A stretch of 64,000 nucleotides of DNA from Macrostomum lignano (GCA_002269645.1 NIVC01002080.1:1-64000); one strand, 5' to 3'. Positions 46,672 to 60,497 are shown, numbered from the stretch's first letter. Notes: generated from the letters alone by a model not told the origin. Made by a program: numbers and translations.

Positions 46672-47141
46672 GTAAGTTGTTTACGCAATTTGTTACGCTG
46701 CAAATTGGTATGTGCGCGCTCCGCGTTTTTTTGCATGTTGTCTTTATCCTTCATCCCGGACTTTGAGGGTAGTGCATGCAGCTTGTGTGCGTCATGCTTA
46801 CAAACGCGGAACATCCTGATGGTCTTTCGATAAGAGCTATGTACGAGCGCGTATAGTATTTACCTGATTTATTATTCAAATTAAAGCAACGAGTATATCA
46901 CGGACGAGCGTATACGTAATTTATCAGCAGTTTTCTATAGTCCTGTCACCAAATTACTGACATTCCTGTCGTCAAAAAATATTTTCCAATTATTATTCAA
47001 CCTTATTACACCCATGGAGACACAGCTATACAAGTACACAGCAAGGTTCCTTTAGGTTGAAAATGATTTTTACATGTACATGTGACATGTAGCAAAAATC
47101 AGTTGTTATTATTACTGAGTTCATTTTATCTCCGTTGGCAG

Positions 47142-47224
47142 TTTACGTAGTACTAATGTGCCTATCGGCCGTGCTTGGTACCTTCGGTAACATCCTGGTG
47201 ATTTCAAGCGTGCTCACGGTTAAG
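47142..47224 (+). CDS. GPCR exon 2 (TM1)
   Basis: IYVVLMCLSAVLGTFGNILVISSVLTVK carries the TM1 GN motif. CAG/GTTGGT boundaries. Confidence 0.8.
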
Positions 47225-47328
47225 GTTGGTAACTAATCGATTAATTTAAATGAAAAGCATTTGAAACCTTCTCTACATGTACCTTCTAATGCAGATCGGC
47301 GTAATCTTATAAATGTTTTATTTTGCAG

Positions 47329-47422
47329 AAGCTTCGCTCCGCGACTAACAATAAATTCATAATTAACCTGGCCTTTGCTGACGTCACAGTCACCGGCATG
47401 GTCATCCCGATGAATATTGTTG
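47329..47422 (+). CDS. GPCR exon 3 (ICL1-TM2)
   Basis: KLRSATNNKFIINLAFADVTV carries the TM2 NLAxAD motif. CAG/GTAAG boundaries. Confidence 0.85.
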
Positions 47423-48015
47423 GTAAGTCTTTCCTAGTACTTAAGCCCCAGAGCTTCATGCTTGCTGGCGAGAGCAGAAAAGATTTTCAGATTGCCATCT
47501 GGTTAACTGTGCTAAGAATTTAAGTCGGTCATAGTCAGCAGTTATTAAATCAATAGCGCATTTGCGAATGGCCAAGACGGGAAAGGCTCAAGTAGACTTC
47601 GAACTGATTGAAAGCGACAATTGCAAGGAAGTTGAAGAACAGGTGACAGGATCGGGAAATAAAGGAAATGTTTTTAATGAGAACACTCTTGAAAACATCC
47701 GATTAAACATGAAAGCAGGGCAGCCGTGCTAAATCGATGTGTCAATATTAATTTGGCTAAATCATTAGCTTTTGTCGCATTGAATTAGAGCATGGGCAAG
47801 GTCACAGTCTCATGACAGAACTCTCAGGAAAGTCTCAGGAAGATTCCCCACGGGTAAACACCTGTAAGCATGCAATAAACTTGCATAGGTAAACACCTTA
47901 TCATAACGCTCCCAAGGACTACTAGACTATATAACGAAGTGTTCCTAGTGGTCCTTGAACGCTCCCTTTATGATTCCCAGTCTATTTCATCAAGAAAAAT
48001 AATTACGTCAAACAG

Positions 48016-48237
48016 GCGTCTTCTACGGTGAAGAGTTCTTCGCAGGCTTGCCCGGCTTGTGCTCGACCATCGGCTTCTTCTGCCTGACCTCGTGTTTCTG
48101 CTCCCTGCTCAACATTGGCGCCATCGCGTTCAACCGCTACATCTGCATCTGCCGTAATGCTAGCTACGGGCGAATATTTAGCAATAGAAACACTAAAATA
48201 GCCTGCTTCTCATTGTGGATCTTCAGCGCGATTGCGG
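48016..48237 (+). CDS. GPCR exon 4 (TM3-TM4)
   Basis: CSLLNIGAIAFNRYICIC has NRY in place of DRY, the melatonin-receptor-family signature. Phase 1-1. Confidence 0.85.
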
Positions 48238-48419
48238 GTAAAATTGTGGATTTTTTGTGTCAAACTTCGACAACATTGACAACATGTAGCTGTGCTGAAT
48301 TTTATGTGACAATTGTAGTGGACACTGGCCTTTTCAGTACAAAAAGTCAAATTAGTTTTACAGCGTAATGTATATGAGATTTTTATGATGTACATGGATG
48401 GAATAGAAACTATCAGCCT

Positions 48420-48725
48420 GTTGTCTAGGGGAATTCCAGCCTAGTGACTGAGGGGATTCAAGCCAAATGTCTGAGGGAATTCCAGCCCTGGTTTCTGAGG
48501 GAATTCCAGCCTGTCTAACCTAGTGCAAACCTAGTGTCTGAAGGAATTCCAGCCTAATGCCTGAGGGAATTCCAGCCTGTTTTCTGAAGGGATTATACCT
48601 AATGTCTGAGGGAATTCCAGCCTAATGTCTGAGGGAATTCCAGCCTGTTTTCTGAGGGGATTCTAGCCTTATGTCTGAGGGAATTCCAAGCTAGTGTCTG
48701 AGGGAATTCAAGTCTGTTGTCTGAG
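48420..48725. repeat. ~23-bp degenerate minisatellite TGTCTGAGGGAATTCCAGCCTAA
   Basis: In GPCR intron 4, ending ~50 nt before the acceptor. Confidence 0.85.
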
Positions 48726-48773
48726 CAATTCTCTTGGGGACCATTTTCGATGGATCTCCTATTCGATTTGTAG

Positions 48774-49336
48774 TTTCTCCGAACTTTTTCGGCTGGGGCG
48801 CCTTCAGCTTCGACGACAAGCAGTTCGTGTGCGCGTACGACCGTCTCGCCGACTTCTCCTACACACTGTTCTTCGCTGTGGTTGGGATCTACATCCCCCT
48901 GCTGGTCATTGGCGTGTCCTACGCCAGAATCTACCTGTTTGTGCGCAGATCGCGCCAGCGCCTCTCATCTTCATCAGCTTCGCAATCCACTTCGAGCTCC
49001 GGCCTCTTTAATTCAACGTCTACCACTGGACACCGCAGGCTCCGCCGTGAACTGGTCATGCTCCGAACTTTCTTTGTCGTGTTCGTGACCTACGCATTCT
49101 GCTGGATTCCCTACGCAACCATCGTGGTGACTGACGTGTCCAACAGTTTCCCAGTGCAGGTGCACGCGTTTGCTGTGTTGCTGTGCCACTCTAATTCCTC
49201 GTTTAATTGCATTATCTACGGCCTCTTTAATCGGCAGTTTCGAGACGCTTATCTCAGTATAATCTGCAGGGTGCGCTGCTCTGGTAAGTTCAGAATCTTT
49301 GAGTCAGCTGCATGCACTAGTAGTGAGTGCCTCTGA
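48774..49336 (+). CDS. GPCR exon 5 (ECL2, TM5-TM7, C-terminus)
   Basis: FVVFVTYAFCWIPY (TM6 CWxP) and HSNSSFNCIIYGLFNRQFRDAY (TM7, NPxxY-like) as in melatonin receptors. Total spliced CDS is 358 aa. Confidence 0.88.
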
Positions 49337-50084
49337 GTCCTCATCAGCAAACTCACTTCATCAAACCAATCCTTCCAGTCGTCAGGCCTCGCCAAGCCGG
49401 TCGCGTGATGGCCAACAACCGCCATGGTGGCGCCGCTTCTTCGGCCAACGATGACAACACGGGCTTGCTGGAAATGCGCAGGGTTGACGGACAGGTCGGA
49501 ACTAACAGCGACTCGCGCGACTCATGAGTGCCGATTTCTGTCGACAATTGTTTTGACAATTGACTGTGCCGTCGACCGCACTTTGACTGAAGAAAGTACA
49601 AGTGCGCTCGTGTTGGGGCTCGTGTGTGCACGAAGTTCGTCCGGACGGTTTTCGTGCGATTCACAGCCATGAGGACCAACCCCCAAGGCGCACAGAGTGT
49701 ACATGCCTGGTGATTAGACAGTCAGGACCGCTGTACACCCTGTGTGAGCGTGTGCATGAGTGCTGTGCCTGCGTACAGTATTGGCGCGCTTGTATTGTGC
49801 TCAGGAGCCAGCGGAATGGGCAGAATTGCCGTCAGCGCTGGTTGTTAGACGATGTTGCCAAAGGCATTGCGCGAGGGTGCCCGCAGCCCTCTTGTAAATA
49901 TTTATTAATATTATTATTAACGTGTGTGTAGCAGTGTCCATGTGTAGCAGTGTGTATGCATCGACTTATTCGAGACTGAATGGCGTTCCATTGAGCAACT
50001 ATTGACGATCCTAGAAGGGAAACTAAAGTAACAGTCCTTGTAATCTTAAAGAACAGTAAATACTCTATTATATATGTATATGAC

Positions 50085-51253
50085 CAGTGTTGGGCAAGTT
50101 ACTCAAAAAAAGTAACTTGCGTTACTGTAACTTAAGTTACCACTTTTTAAAAAGTAACTTACGTTAGCCTAGTAACTTTGAACAAAAACCCGGTAACTTT
50201 TAAGTTACTTCCGTTACTTACTTCCGTTACCTATGTTATAAACAAAATTTTCTGCTTTTTTAACATTGCAAATGTGCTGGAACAGCACAAATGATCGCGA
50301 AAGCCAGAAGGAAAAATACAACAAAATTAATTTCAGTAACTGTATTAAATTTTAATCACTTTAGGCCCTTTCCGTAAAAAGAAGAGAAGCTGAAGGTCAG
50401 AAACGTTAAAGGCAAAACGCAATTTAATTTTTAATAACATTATAAGTTATAATACACAAGGACAACTTAACGTAACTTCAGTTGTCCTTGATAATACATC
50501 GCTCGTAATAAGTACCTGGCTTTACTCCACTCTACAGTCTGCTTTACTAGTCTTTTTATTTTCAATTATTTGAAATTTTTTTCAATTTTTTCAATTATTT
50601 TTCAATTCATTAATATTAAATTATTGTGCAGTGCAGTGCAGTGCCAGTGGACTTTAGTGGTGTAGCCAGGGAGGCCGCCTTAACAATCGTTGGGGCGGCA
50701 ACTTCACCCCACCTGCAAGACACCCCACCAGGGGGGGGTGGGGTTGGGCGTGGCGGGTGCATGAGGCATGGCCAGCCAGGCCAACCCCCCCCCAATTAAA
50801 ATTCCTGGCTACGTCGATCACTGAGTGGATTTGTGGAGACTACAGATGAATTTCTTTCTTTGGTTGTTTGTTTCTAAGAACTAAACAAAATATTTTTATT
50901 AACTTAAAAACGAAAAGCAAAAATATTTTACCGAAAATAACAAAGTAAAAACATGTTTCAAGTATTTCTTTATTAATTACAGCGTAATACTGTATGATAT
51001 TATTCACTTAGTTTTGAATTTAAGAATGAAAAATGCTAAAAATGTGACAACTGGCGTAATAGCTAAGCATATCAGTTTTAAATTTAAATATTGCGATTGT
51101 TGCAAAGTAACTGTAACGGACTTCCGAAATTTGAGTAACTTACCGTTACTCCGTTACCAAAATAGGAAAGTAACTTGCGTAAGGAACGCTTTACGAAAAA
51201 GTAACTTGCGTTACCATTTACAAGTTACTCGGTAACGGAAGTGCCCAACACTG
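50085..51253. mobile_element. hAT-type non-autonomous element
   Basis: TIRs CAGTGTTGGGCA / TGCCCAACACTG, perfect 8-bp TSD TATATGAC, and subterminal GTAAC/GTTAC repeats at both ends. Confidence 0.88.
50655..50823. mobile_element. Small hAT-type MITE nested in the 50085-51253 element
   Basis: AGTGGTGTAGCCAGG / CCTGGCTACGTCGATCACTG ends, with approximate 8-bp TSD AGTGGACT / AGTGGATT. Confidence 0.6.
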
Positions 51254-51449
51254 TATATGACATCACCTATTTGTTTAAGTTTTTGTCCTGCGGGCTGCGC
51301 CCACTAAATCGTTCACGAACACACACACACTTATTCACCCTGATACGCTTCTAGGATGGATAAAATGGCAATTTTTCGCTTTTGGCATATTTTTTTGAAA
51401 CTGCACATTGACAGAGCAATATGCGTCGTTATAGTTTTACTTCTCTTCT

Positions 51450-51505
<56 letters not shown>
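51450..51505. repeat. (CT)n microsatellite
   Basis: Direct reading. Confidence 0.95.
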
Positions 51506-51508
<3 letters not shown>

Positions 51509-52302
51509 GTGGCAAAAACTTTCTGGCAGAGGCTAAAACTTCATTTTCTCCCCCCCCCCTCTCTCTCGTGTTTCTCCTTTCTCTGTCCTGTCAAATGCGA
51601 CGGTGCAAGAGAAGGCATGCAGCTTGAAGAACAAAAGACCGCTTGAAATAGTTGGGGCTGGTTGGACTTTTTTATTAGCTAAGGCGAGCTCTCCAAACAG
51701 CTCAAAACCATTTATTATTATTTTTATATTTTTCAAACCACGAAAGGTGAAGCTGAAGCAGAACTCAAGCTGTGGCTTCTGTTTCGCAAGCTTTTCGAGC
51801 CGGCAGGTAGCAGGACGGCTAAGAAGGCAACATTTTAAACCGTACACCAACATTGATTATTCATGTACGACCAGCCGCTGTGTAATATTTACTGTCTCAA
51901 CCTCTGCTGTTAGCATTAGAATAATAAGTATTCAATTACTTTAAGTATAAAACAGGCTATAAAGCTTTCGAGTTAAGAATGAAAGTACAAATCGTCTTTC
52001 TGATCTGATACAGTCACGTGACATCTGGCTGCAGCATCCAACTCCCCTAAGCGTCGCCTGACATAAAACTCAGTCAAAAATGAATTTATAGACTTGGGGT
52101 TAATGATGCACAGCTTAAATACTTGTGCCCTCGCAGTGCTGGCGGTACTTTATCAACAAAATTGAACAGGCAAAGTTGCCCAGCTCCATAAAAGACAGTC
52201 AATGCGCATTTTGAAAGTTTTCTATCTCACTACCCTCCTTTCAATTTGACAATGCCTGGGGTGGCGCAGACTACTTAGTGGCAGGAATTTGTTGAGATAT
52301 CT

Positions 52303-52742
<440 letters not shown>

Positions 52743-53194
52743 GATGCCGGCTATTCCATGGCCTGAGCACACTCTCTTCGCACGGCACAGCCCGGCCGCA
52801 TGCAAGCATATTTCAATGCGTGGGTGAAGCTGCCTCAGCTGCAGGCTTCATTTTTCTGTGCCCAACGAATCCACCCGCACCTCCCCCTCTTCGATAATAA
52901 GCTGGGACAGCTGAGCTCTTCCTTCGCCATCCATTTTAGTCGCAGGATTGCGGCGGCCCGCCTTGGTATTGTGACACGCCCTCCACCCCAGCCTCCACTC
53001 TAGCAGATGCAGCTACGCCCAGCGCTATTGCCGAGCGCAGCACAATAGAAAATTTAAACGCAGTGGACAGGAAGGCGTGGTGAGCCCACCGCGCAGGCAG
53101 TGCTGCCCTCTCGGGCCCACCCATTCGCCCGCTGCAGCCGCCCGAACTCAGAGTTGGTTTCGGGGGGGGGGCAGCTGCTCAGAAAGATAGATAG

Positions 53195-54424
53195 ATGGAG
53201 AGCCAGAGCCTCAGGCAGGCAGGTTCAGAGACTCCCCGCCCGGCTTTGGCTAGCGAAAGCAAATCGAAAAGCCAGATGTCGTCCTCGCAGGCCAGCTCAA
53301 CCGTCGAGCGGAAGAAGATTCTGCGCGCCCGTGTAAAAGTTTGGGGCCGACTCACCCTGCGCCCGGAGGAGGTGTTCAACGTTGACAAGGCGGAGCAGGT
53401 CATTCACAGAGCGTTGGACGGCAAGCACAATGTGCAAACCTCCGTCAAGCTGTACAATGAAGGCCTGCGCATTGGCGACAAAGGCGTCCTGGCCACTCTG
53501 GCCGCCGAGTTTATCCCATACATCAGCGTCTCGGCCTTCATCTCACTGCGGGAGACGCCAACCCTGCTGGCTCTGTGCAACAAACTTGGGAATAAATCCA
53601 ACGTGACGGTACTGCAGTTCAAAGACGTCGCCGCTCTGGAAGCTGTTTGCAACGTCATCGACCGCCAGCGCCACCTCATGGCCAAGGGCAGCGGCGCCGC
53701 CACGCCCAGCCATCCGGCCAGCTCCCTGAGCCGCTCAGAGGCGCCGGTCCAGCAGCAGCGACAGCAGCCGAAGCTGCAGCAGCCACCGCCGGCTGTTATA
53801 GTTACGGAGGTCAAAGACGAAGCACTGGAGGAGAGCACTGCGACTGAGGCGTCACCGTCAACCAGCGCGAAGATCACCGCCACAACTACGACTTCGAAGA
53901 GTGTCACTCAGCCAGAAGACGTGTCGGTTGTGGTTGCCAGCAGCAGCGGCAACAGCGGTGACGGCGGCAGAGTTGAGCTTTTCGAGAAGCGACCGTTCGC
54001 CACCGACATCACGCAGCCGCCGTCGAGTGCCGCGGTCACCGCCGTTGTCCACTCGCCGCTGGCGCCGTCGAACTCGGAGACGAAAATCGTTACTGTCGAG
54101 GACGAAGAAGACTTCCGCACCAGCATCGTGTTCGGCGAGGAAGTGCGCTCACTGGAGGGTCCCGCCAATGAGACAGTCGTGACTGAGTCTTCGGAGCGGC
54201 AGCAGCGCATGGAGGCGTTGCTGCAGCAGCGCTCCAACGGTCACGCAGTAAGCGAAACCACCAGCAAGCGGTCGTCAAACGGCCCGATCGAGACCGTCAT
54301 TCTCAACTACGACGAAGTGGACACCGAGGGCACCCACGCCGTGTTCGACACGCCAGACGGGCCGCCGATTCAGCTGAACGAGAGCGCGGACAATGTTCGT
54401 TTGAGACGACCGCAGAGCTTGCTG
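53195..54424 (+). CDS. Uncharacterised protein with N-terminal PTB/PH-like domain and long low-complexity tail, exon 1
   Basis: 423-aa ORF with host-like codon usage. Residues ~40-160 (RVKVWGRL...SVKLYNEGLRIG...IPYISV...NVTVLQF...LEAVCNVI) follow the PTB-fold secondary-structure pattern. GTGAGC donor at 54425. Confidence 0.65.
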
Positions 54425-54651
54425 GTGAGCAGCCCTGAGCTACTAGCTGAATTGAGAGTTGAATGAATTGAATTGAGACTGACGTATGAGTAGTAAAAAA
54501 GATGATGTAGGCTTAAATACTCATTGTTGGCCTATACTGATTGAGTCCGAGTCTCAAAATCATCATGGCTCTGGTAATGATAATCGCTATGGTAGGCCTT
54601 ACATAAACATCAATGATAAGACAGTTTTGCATTAATCAAACTAAAATGCAG

Positions 54652-55071
54652 GTGACAGCCAGCAGCAGCTCGAACTCCGGCAGCGCCAAGCAGACCAGCG
54701 CCAGTCGCTGCGTGGTCACCAGCTTTAGCAGCGGCCGTTCGGACAGCCCGTCGGACGGTCAAAGCGTCCACCTGCGCTCCTCGCCGAATGCTGATCGGTC
54801 CTTCCGGACATCAACCGTGATTTACCGGGACTCGCTGGACAGTCCGAACGAACGGCCGAGGGTCACCTACATGTCCGGCGGCCAGCAGCAGCGGGTGGTA
54901 TACGCTGGTGCGCCAAGCCCGCAGCAGCAGCAGCAGCAGCTGGTGAGGCTGGTGCCGGTCGGCTCAGCCAGGCGCAAGGTTGTACAGACGCGCCATCAGC
55001 CGCAGTTGTACACTATTCAGCCGGTGGCAGCTAGCGGCAGGGAGAACGGCGTCTACCCGAACGCTAAATAA
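54652..55071 (+). CDS. PTB-like protein, exon 2 (Ser/Gln-rich C-terminus)
   Basis: TGCAG acceptor in phase 0 with the 54425 donor; open to TAA at 55069-55071. Confidence 0.55.
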   Translation: MTASSSSNSGSAKQTSASRCVVTSFSSGRSDSPSDGQSVHLRSSPNADRSFRTSTVIYRDSLDSPNERPRVTYMSGGQQQRVVYAGAPSPQQQQQQLVRLVPVGSARRKVVQTRHQPQLYTIQPVAASGRENGVYPNAK

Positions 55072-56854
55072 GCCCGAGCTAAATATAAGCCTTGATGACG
55101 GTTTTGAGAAAGAAATGCTCAAAATTGTACTATTTCAGTAATTTAGAACCTCCATTTTTATTGCTTGATGTGCGCGTGGGCGTTAGTATTGAGTCAGTGT
55201 TTAGAACTCTACTAGTACTTACTAGTAAGTACATTACTCGTAGGCTGCAAGAGTCGCTCGGTCCAAGAACTTCTTAAACGCTGGCCACACCTCACAGCGA
55301 TTGCTCAGCTTCTAATAAAAATCCCAAATTATTTTTATGTATGAGATCTTAGGGAAGCCCCGACAACCTGTTCACGACTCAGCCTTGAGTCGTAATCCTT
55401 TGCCAGCGCATGTGAGCGGCAGTCATTCTAATTTTCGAATCGTCTTCAGCCGAGGATCGAATCGCTTGCGAGTTCAAATTAATTAACCAACCGCTTTTGC
55501 GTGCAAGCTTTGACAACGCACTGGACTACACTCGTAGGATTTGTTTTCGAAGCCCTTACTCTGTCAATATTTACTGCGATGATTCTCCCCGCCTCCTGCG
55601 TCATCATGTTTTTCCCCTATTCAAAAACATATCATCTTCAATTCAATGCGCTCGCTGTAATTTATGCGCTGGTTAGATTAAATAGGGCCTTTTTATTCTT
55701 GAGTGTACTCATTCCAATTATTAATTTATGACTATTTTACCGGTAGACTAAAGCAACTCAATATAGAGGATTTCGGCCGGTTGCACCTTTGTCTACTTAA
55801 TTCTGGCTGTTTTTTCCATTACAATTGTTTTTATTTTTAAAATTGTCTCTATTACTCCAAAAAATCGTTTAAAAAAGCCACCTTGTTTTCAATTTGGTGC
55901 CGAAAATGTCTAGCTAAGTACTTTTAAACCCGAGAGTTGCGCGAGTAAAAATAATTACTATTCTATTTGGTTTGTTATCGAGCTGTATTGTTTTTGGTAT
56001 AAGGACACTACTGCTGTACTGTGTGATAAAATAAACTATTTTATTCAACTGTTTTGCTGCCACCCTACTATAATTAGTTAATGGTTAGTTTTATTTTTTG
56101 ATTTGATTGATTTTCATCTACTTTTAGGCGAGGCCAAGTAGTTGAGTTACGCCCAGCTTTGCAAACCCTAAAGTGCACGAACGTCTAAACTACTACTTAA
56201 AGTAGGCGCTTTCAAATTCTAATCTTATGAGACGCTCCTCTCGTGGGCGCGAATTGCCCGACCAACAAGCCTCAGAACAGGTTAATTTTCGAACACAAAA
56301 TACCCCAGTTTCATGCATCTGGCCGAACGAGGAATCGAGCTCAGGTACCGTGCGTACTCGTATTCCATAAGAGATAATATTTTAACAAAAATAAAATTTC
56401 GAACTCGTTTTGTTAAATTCACTACTCTACACGCTAATAAGCGACACAAAGATGCCATATAGATATTTTTATTTTTGTTCATTTCCAGTCCGAATTTTAG
56501 TGTAAGAATTCTACAAATTAAAATAAGATTTGAGGAGCCAGTTAACAAGCATTGGGATAAAAAATTGACCCTTTGATGTATATGGCATGGAGCAGTCATC
56601 AAGGCTCCTTCACATAGTGCTTGGATCTAGTTTGAACGGATGTAATTAATAATTAATGATGAAGCCTGGGAGAGGTAGAGAAAAAATATGTACAGAGGGA
56701 CAGATTAATAGATTATCAGTGTTTAGGAATGCGAATCACCCATCGACATGATTTGTTACACCCAAATGTATCACTGCGGACACACAGGACATGTACTGTA
56801 GTATTGGCTAGATGACAGGCTAGGTCAGTTATATCGGCTTGGCCGATTGTTTGT

Positions 56855-57188
56855 CTACTTTCAGTTCAGTAGTAAGGAAGCATATGTAAGCTATTTTATA
56901 AAAAGAACGGCAGCTGGAGTGACTTCCAGCCGGTAAACGGCTTGCTATTGGCGCAGCCGTTAATGTACATTAACCAGCACCGCTGAGAATGTACATGGCA
57001 GGCAGCTTTAGGTTGGAACTGCGAGAAAGACAAGTAAAAATTGGGCGGCGGGCCGGGGGGGGGGGTAGAGGTTTGGTGGGTAAAGGCGCGGGGGGTTACG
57101 AGGCTAAAGAAGGGGGGCCAATAAACGAGTCCTGTCATAAAATACATTAAAATGCTTTTTATTTTACTTTCTACTGAACTGAAAGTAG
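56855..57188. mobile_element. Non-autonomous TIR element (MITE-like), copy 2
   Basis: Same 18-bp inverted repeats and homologous interior (AAGGAAGCAT..GTAAGCTATTT, GTACATTA..CAGC.CCGCTGAGA) as 144-356. Confidence 0.7.
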
Positions 57189-58689
57189 CTTATACGCAAT
57201 TTGCGCCGATTTTTGTCCGCCCATCCAGTAAGATATGATGGCATCTGAGATTTTCAAGGTCCTCAGGATGTTAAAACGATGTTAATAAGACATATACTAT
57301 GCCTGTGGCTCCTCGATTTTGGGCGCAATAGCAAACATGTCAAAGGAGGTGGGAATTTATTCCTTGGTATTTTTCCTCAGCTTAGCGTGGTGATAAAACG
57401 CGTTAAATGACAGGAACCATAATAAATGAAGCAGTTTTTTTCGCCAAGTACATGAACATTGAGAATTTTTTAAACAATTAAAAGCCCTTAATACTCGTAT
57501 AATGATTAATTTGAGCTCTTTAGTATCTAATAAGCTAGCTATAATTCCAAGATGTATACTACAATAATGACGCTATTCATCATGTAGTAATTTACTACTG
57601 TCATAAATAAAACTAAACATCGCATGAAAATCAGTGCAGTAGTGGTGTGACTGGCAAGATAACTATTTAAAACGGTTACTTAATGGGAGAAAAACAAGCA
57701 GGCTATAGGGAATTCTATCGAAGGGGGAATAAACCAACGCGTGTCTGAATACAGTTTTGCGCTATTTTCGGAACGAATGCTGAGCTAGACAGATAAACAC
57801 GGAGAGAGATAGAGACAGGTTAATGACAAATATGCTGCTTTCAATTAAATGAATGATGGCACAGAAAATGCATTCGTACTACTTACTGGTAGTAGAACGG
57901 GTGCCCACGTGAAACAAGCAGAGAAGAACTGGTCACGGATTTGTATATAGTGCTTCGGAATTTTCTGGCTTGCAGAAATTGAAATTCAAAAGATAAAATC
58001 GAGTTTTTATAGTGCAAAAAAACTGGTGCCCGCAATAATGCGAATGGGCTTGACTAGATGTTACTATCTATAACAATCAATAGATCAATCACAAAGATAA
58101 GGATGCATTCTCTGCGCATGGACAGCTGCAGAAAAGGAAAAAATATTCATCATCGACATAAAATATCGATGGCTTACAACAAACTAGAATAAAATAAATT
58201 GGTATTGCAAGAATCAGCTGGAGTTAATCACAAGCGCGCAAGTTCTTATAAGTACCAAAATCACTCGCTGCAGCCAATACGCTCGGGTGCGAGTGGCTGA
58301 CACGAACGCGAGCCAATGTGGGTGCAATATTAGCAATAACAGGTGATACACTGTCTAAACAAAAAAGTGAAATAGAATAATATATCCGCTTTTAAAAATG
58401 CCCGTCTCTACTAACGAAAAATAGTGGACTGAGCTGCATGAAAGTAAAACCCACAAAAATTGTAAAAAAAATATTACAGCAAAATATTGCAAAGGACACG
58501 ACCAAAGTCCATAAAAAAGCATAAAAACACGGAACTGTAGCTGACGGACAGCCCGAGCCTAGCTAACTAATATGATCAATTAGAAAAGAACAAATCGTTT
58601 TAAAATTTAAAATTCTGGTGTAAGTTGGGCATTTGGATTGTTAGTTCCCCATCAAAAAGCGCCTCATTAAAAAGTGACCTGACCGTAGC

Positions 58690-59160
58690 AACACCACTGG
58701 GACTGAGCCATATAAAGCATCGACCACTCCACTGCGCCTAAGTCATATAAAACACCCACCACCCCACTACGCCTGAGCCATATAAAGCATCGACCACCCC
58801 ACTGCGCCTGAGCCATATAAAGCATCCACCACCCCACTGCGCCTGGGCCATATAAAGCATCCACCACCCCACTGCGCCTGAGCCATATAAAGCATCCACC
58901 ACCCCACTGCGCCTGAGCCATATGAAGCATCCACCACCCCACTGCGCCTGAGCCATATAAAGCACCCACCACCCCACTGCGCCTGAGCCATATAAAGCAC
59001 CCACCACCCCACTGCGCCTGAGCCATATAAAGCACCCACCACCCCACTACGCCTGAGCCATATAAAGCACCCACCACCCCACTACGCCTGAGCCATATAA
59101 AGCACCCACCACCCCACTACGCCTGAGCCATATAAAGCACCTACCACCCCACTGCGCCTA
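58690..59160. repeat. 35-bp minisatellite GCCTGAGCCATATAAAGCATCCACCACCCCACTGC
   Basis: About 13 tandem copies just 3' of the SLC4 gene. Confidence 0.92.
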
Positions 59161-59278
59161 AACGATACAAAGCCCTCACCACTCCGGTCGATAATACCGG
59201 TCAACAAAGAGGAAAAATAGAAGAAAATGAATTTAGTTCCAATCGACGATCAAAAGGAAATAAAAAATTAATCAAAGC

Positions 59279-59498
59279 CTATATTTGAAAAAGTAAATAA
59301 CTTCTACAACTCAAAAGTTGATTGAATTTCTCAGGCGTTCGATTCCCTTCGCTCCGGTGTGTTGCTGCCGATGGCGGCTCAACAACAATGGCCGGCGCAT
59401 TCAGCAGGCTCTGGCGAACCTCTTGACCGGCTGGGTCTTCGGTGGCCCCCTGCTGTGATCGGTTCTTGCCGGCGGCGGCCGATGACTTTCCGCGGCCC
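59279..59498 (-). CDS. Probable terminal exon of the SLC4 transporter
   Basis: GC-rich island with a CCGCAG acceptor in phase 2 matching the 60534 donor; reads (K)GRGKSSAAAGKNRSQQGATEDPAGQEVRQSLLNAPAIVVEPP... to TAG. Not in the ORF track on this strand. Confidence 0.65.
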
Positions 59499-59699
59499 CT
59501 GCGGAATAATCGGCGGGTAGTCAGCAGGGAATCAATGGGGAGTCAGCGGAGGCATTTGCGAGTAGTTTTAATGAACCAACGGGGAATTGTTTCAAAAAGT
59601 CAGCAGGAATTCAGCGAAAAAATAGCTGGCAACTAATAGTATATTAGTAGAAATTTCAGTATAAGTCAGCGAGGAATTTGTAAGGGGTCATGCAGAGGG

Positions 59700-60497
59700 A
59701 GGCAGCAGGGTGTTCAGTAGGGAGTCAGAGGGGAATCAGCAGGGTGTTCAGTAGGGAGTCAGAAGGGAATCAGCAGGTGTTCAGTAGGGAGTCAGAAGGG
59801 AATCAGCAGGTGTTCAGTAGGGAGTCAGAAGGGAATCAGCAGGTGTTCAGTAGGGAGTCAGAAGGGAATCAGCAGGTGTTCAGTAGGGAGTCAGAAGGGA
59901 ATCAGCAGGTGTTCAGTAAGGAGTCAGAAGGGAATCAGCAGGTGTTCAGTAGGGAGTCAGAGGGGAATCAGCAGGGTGTTCAGTAAGGAGTCAGAGGGGA
60001 ATCAGCAGGTGTTCAGTAGGGAGTCAGAGGGGAATCAGCAGGTGTTCAGTAGGGAGTCAGAAGGGAATCAGCAGGTGTTCAGTAGGGAGTCAGAGGGGAA
60101 TCAGCAGGGTGTTCAGTAGGGAGTCAGAGGGGAATCAGCAGGTGTTCAGTAGGGAGTCAGAGGGGAATCAGCAGGGTGTTCAGTAGGGAGTCAGAGGGGA
60201 ATCAGCAGGTGTTCAGTAGGGAGTCAGAGGGGAATCAGCAGGTGTTCAGTAGGGAGTCAGAGGGGAATCAGCAGGTGTTCAGTAGGGAGTCAGAGGGGAA
60301 TCAGCAGGGTGTTCAGTAGGGAGTCAGAGGGGAATCAGCAGGTGTTCAGTAGGGAGTCAGAGGGGAATCAGCAGGTGTTCAGTAGGGAGTCAGAGGGGAA
60401 TCAGCAGGTGTTCAGTAGGGAGTCAGAGGGGAATCAGCAGGGTGTTCAGTAGGGAGTCAGAGGGGAATCAGCAGGTGTTCAGTAGGGAGTCAGAGGA
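59700..60497. repeat. 33/34-bp minisatellite AATCAGCAGGTGTTCAGTAGGGAGTCAGAGGGG
   Basis: About 23 copies filling the last SLC4 intron. Confidence 0.93.

Noticed and set aside
50365-50415. Penelope-like hammerhead remnant (CTGAAGGTCAGAAACGTT)
   Set aside because: Core is degenerate and no Penelope ORF or pseudo-LTR is nearby.
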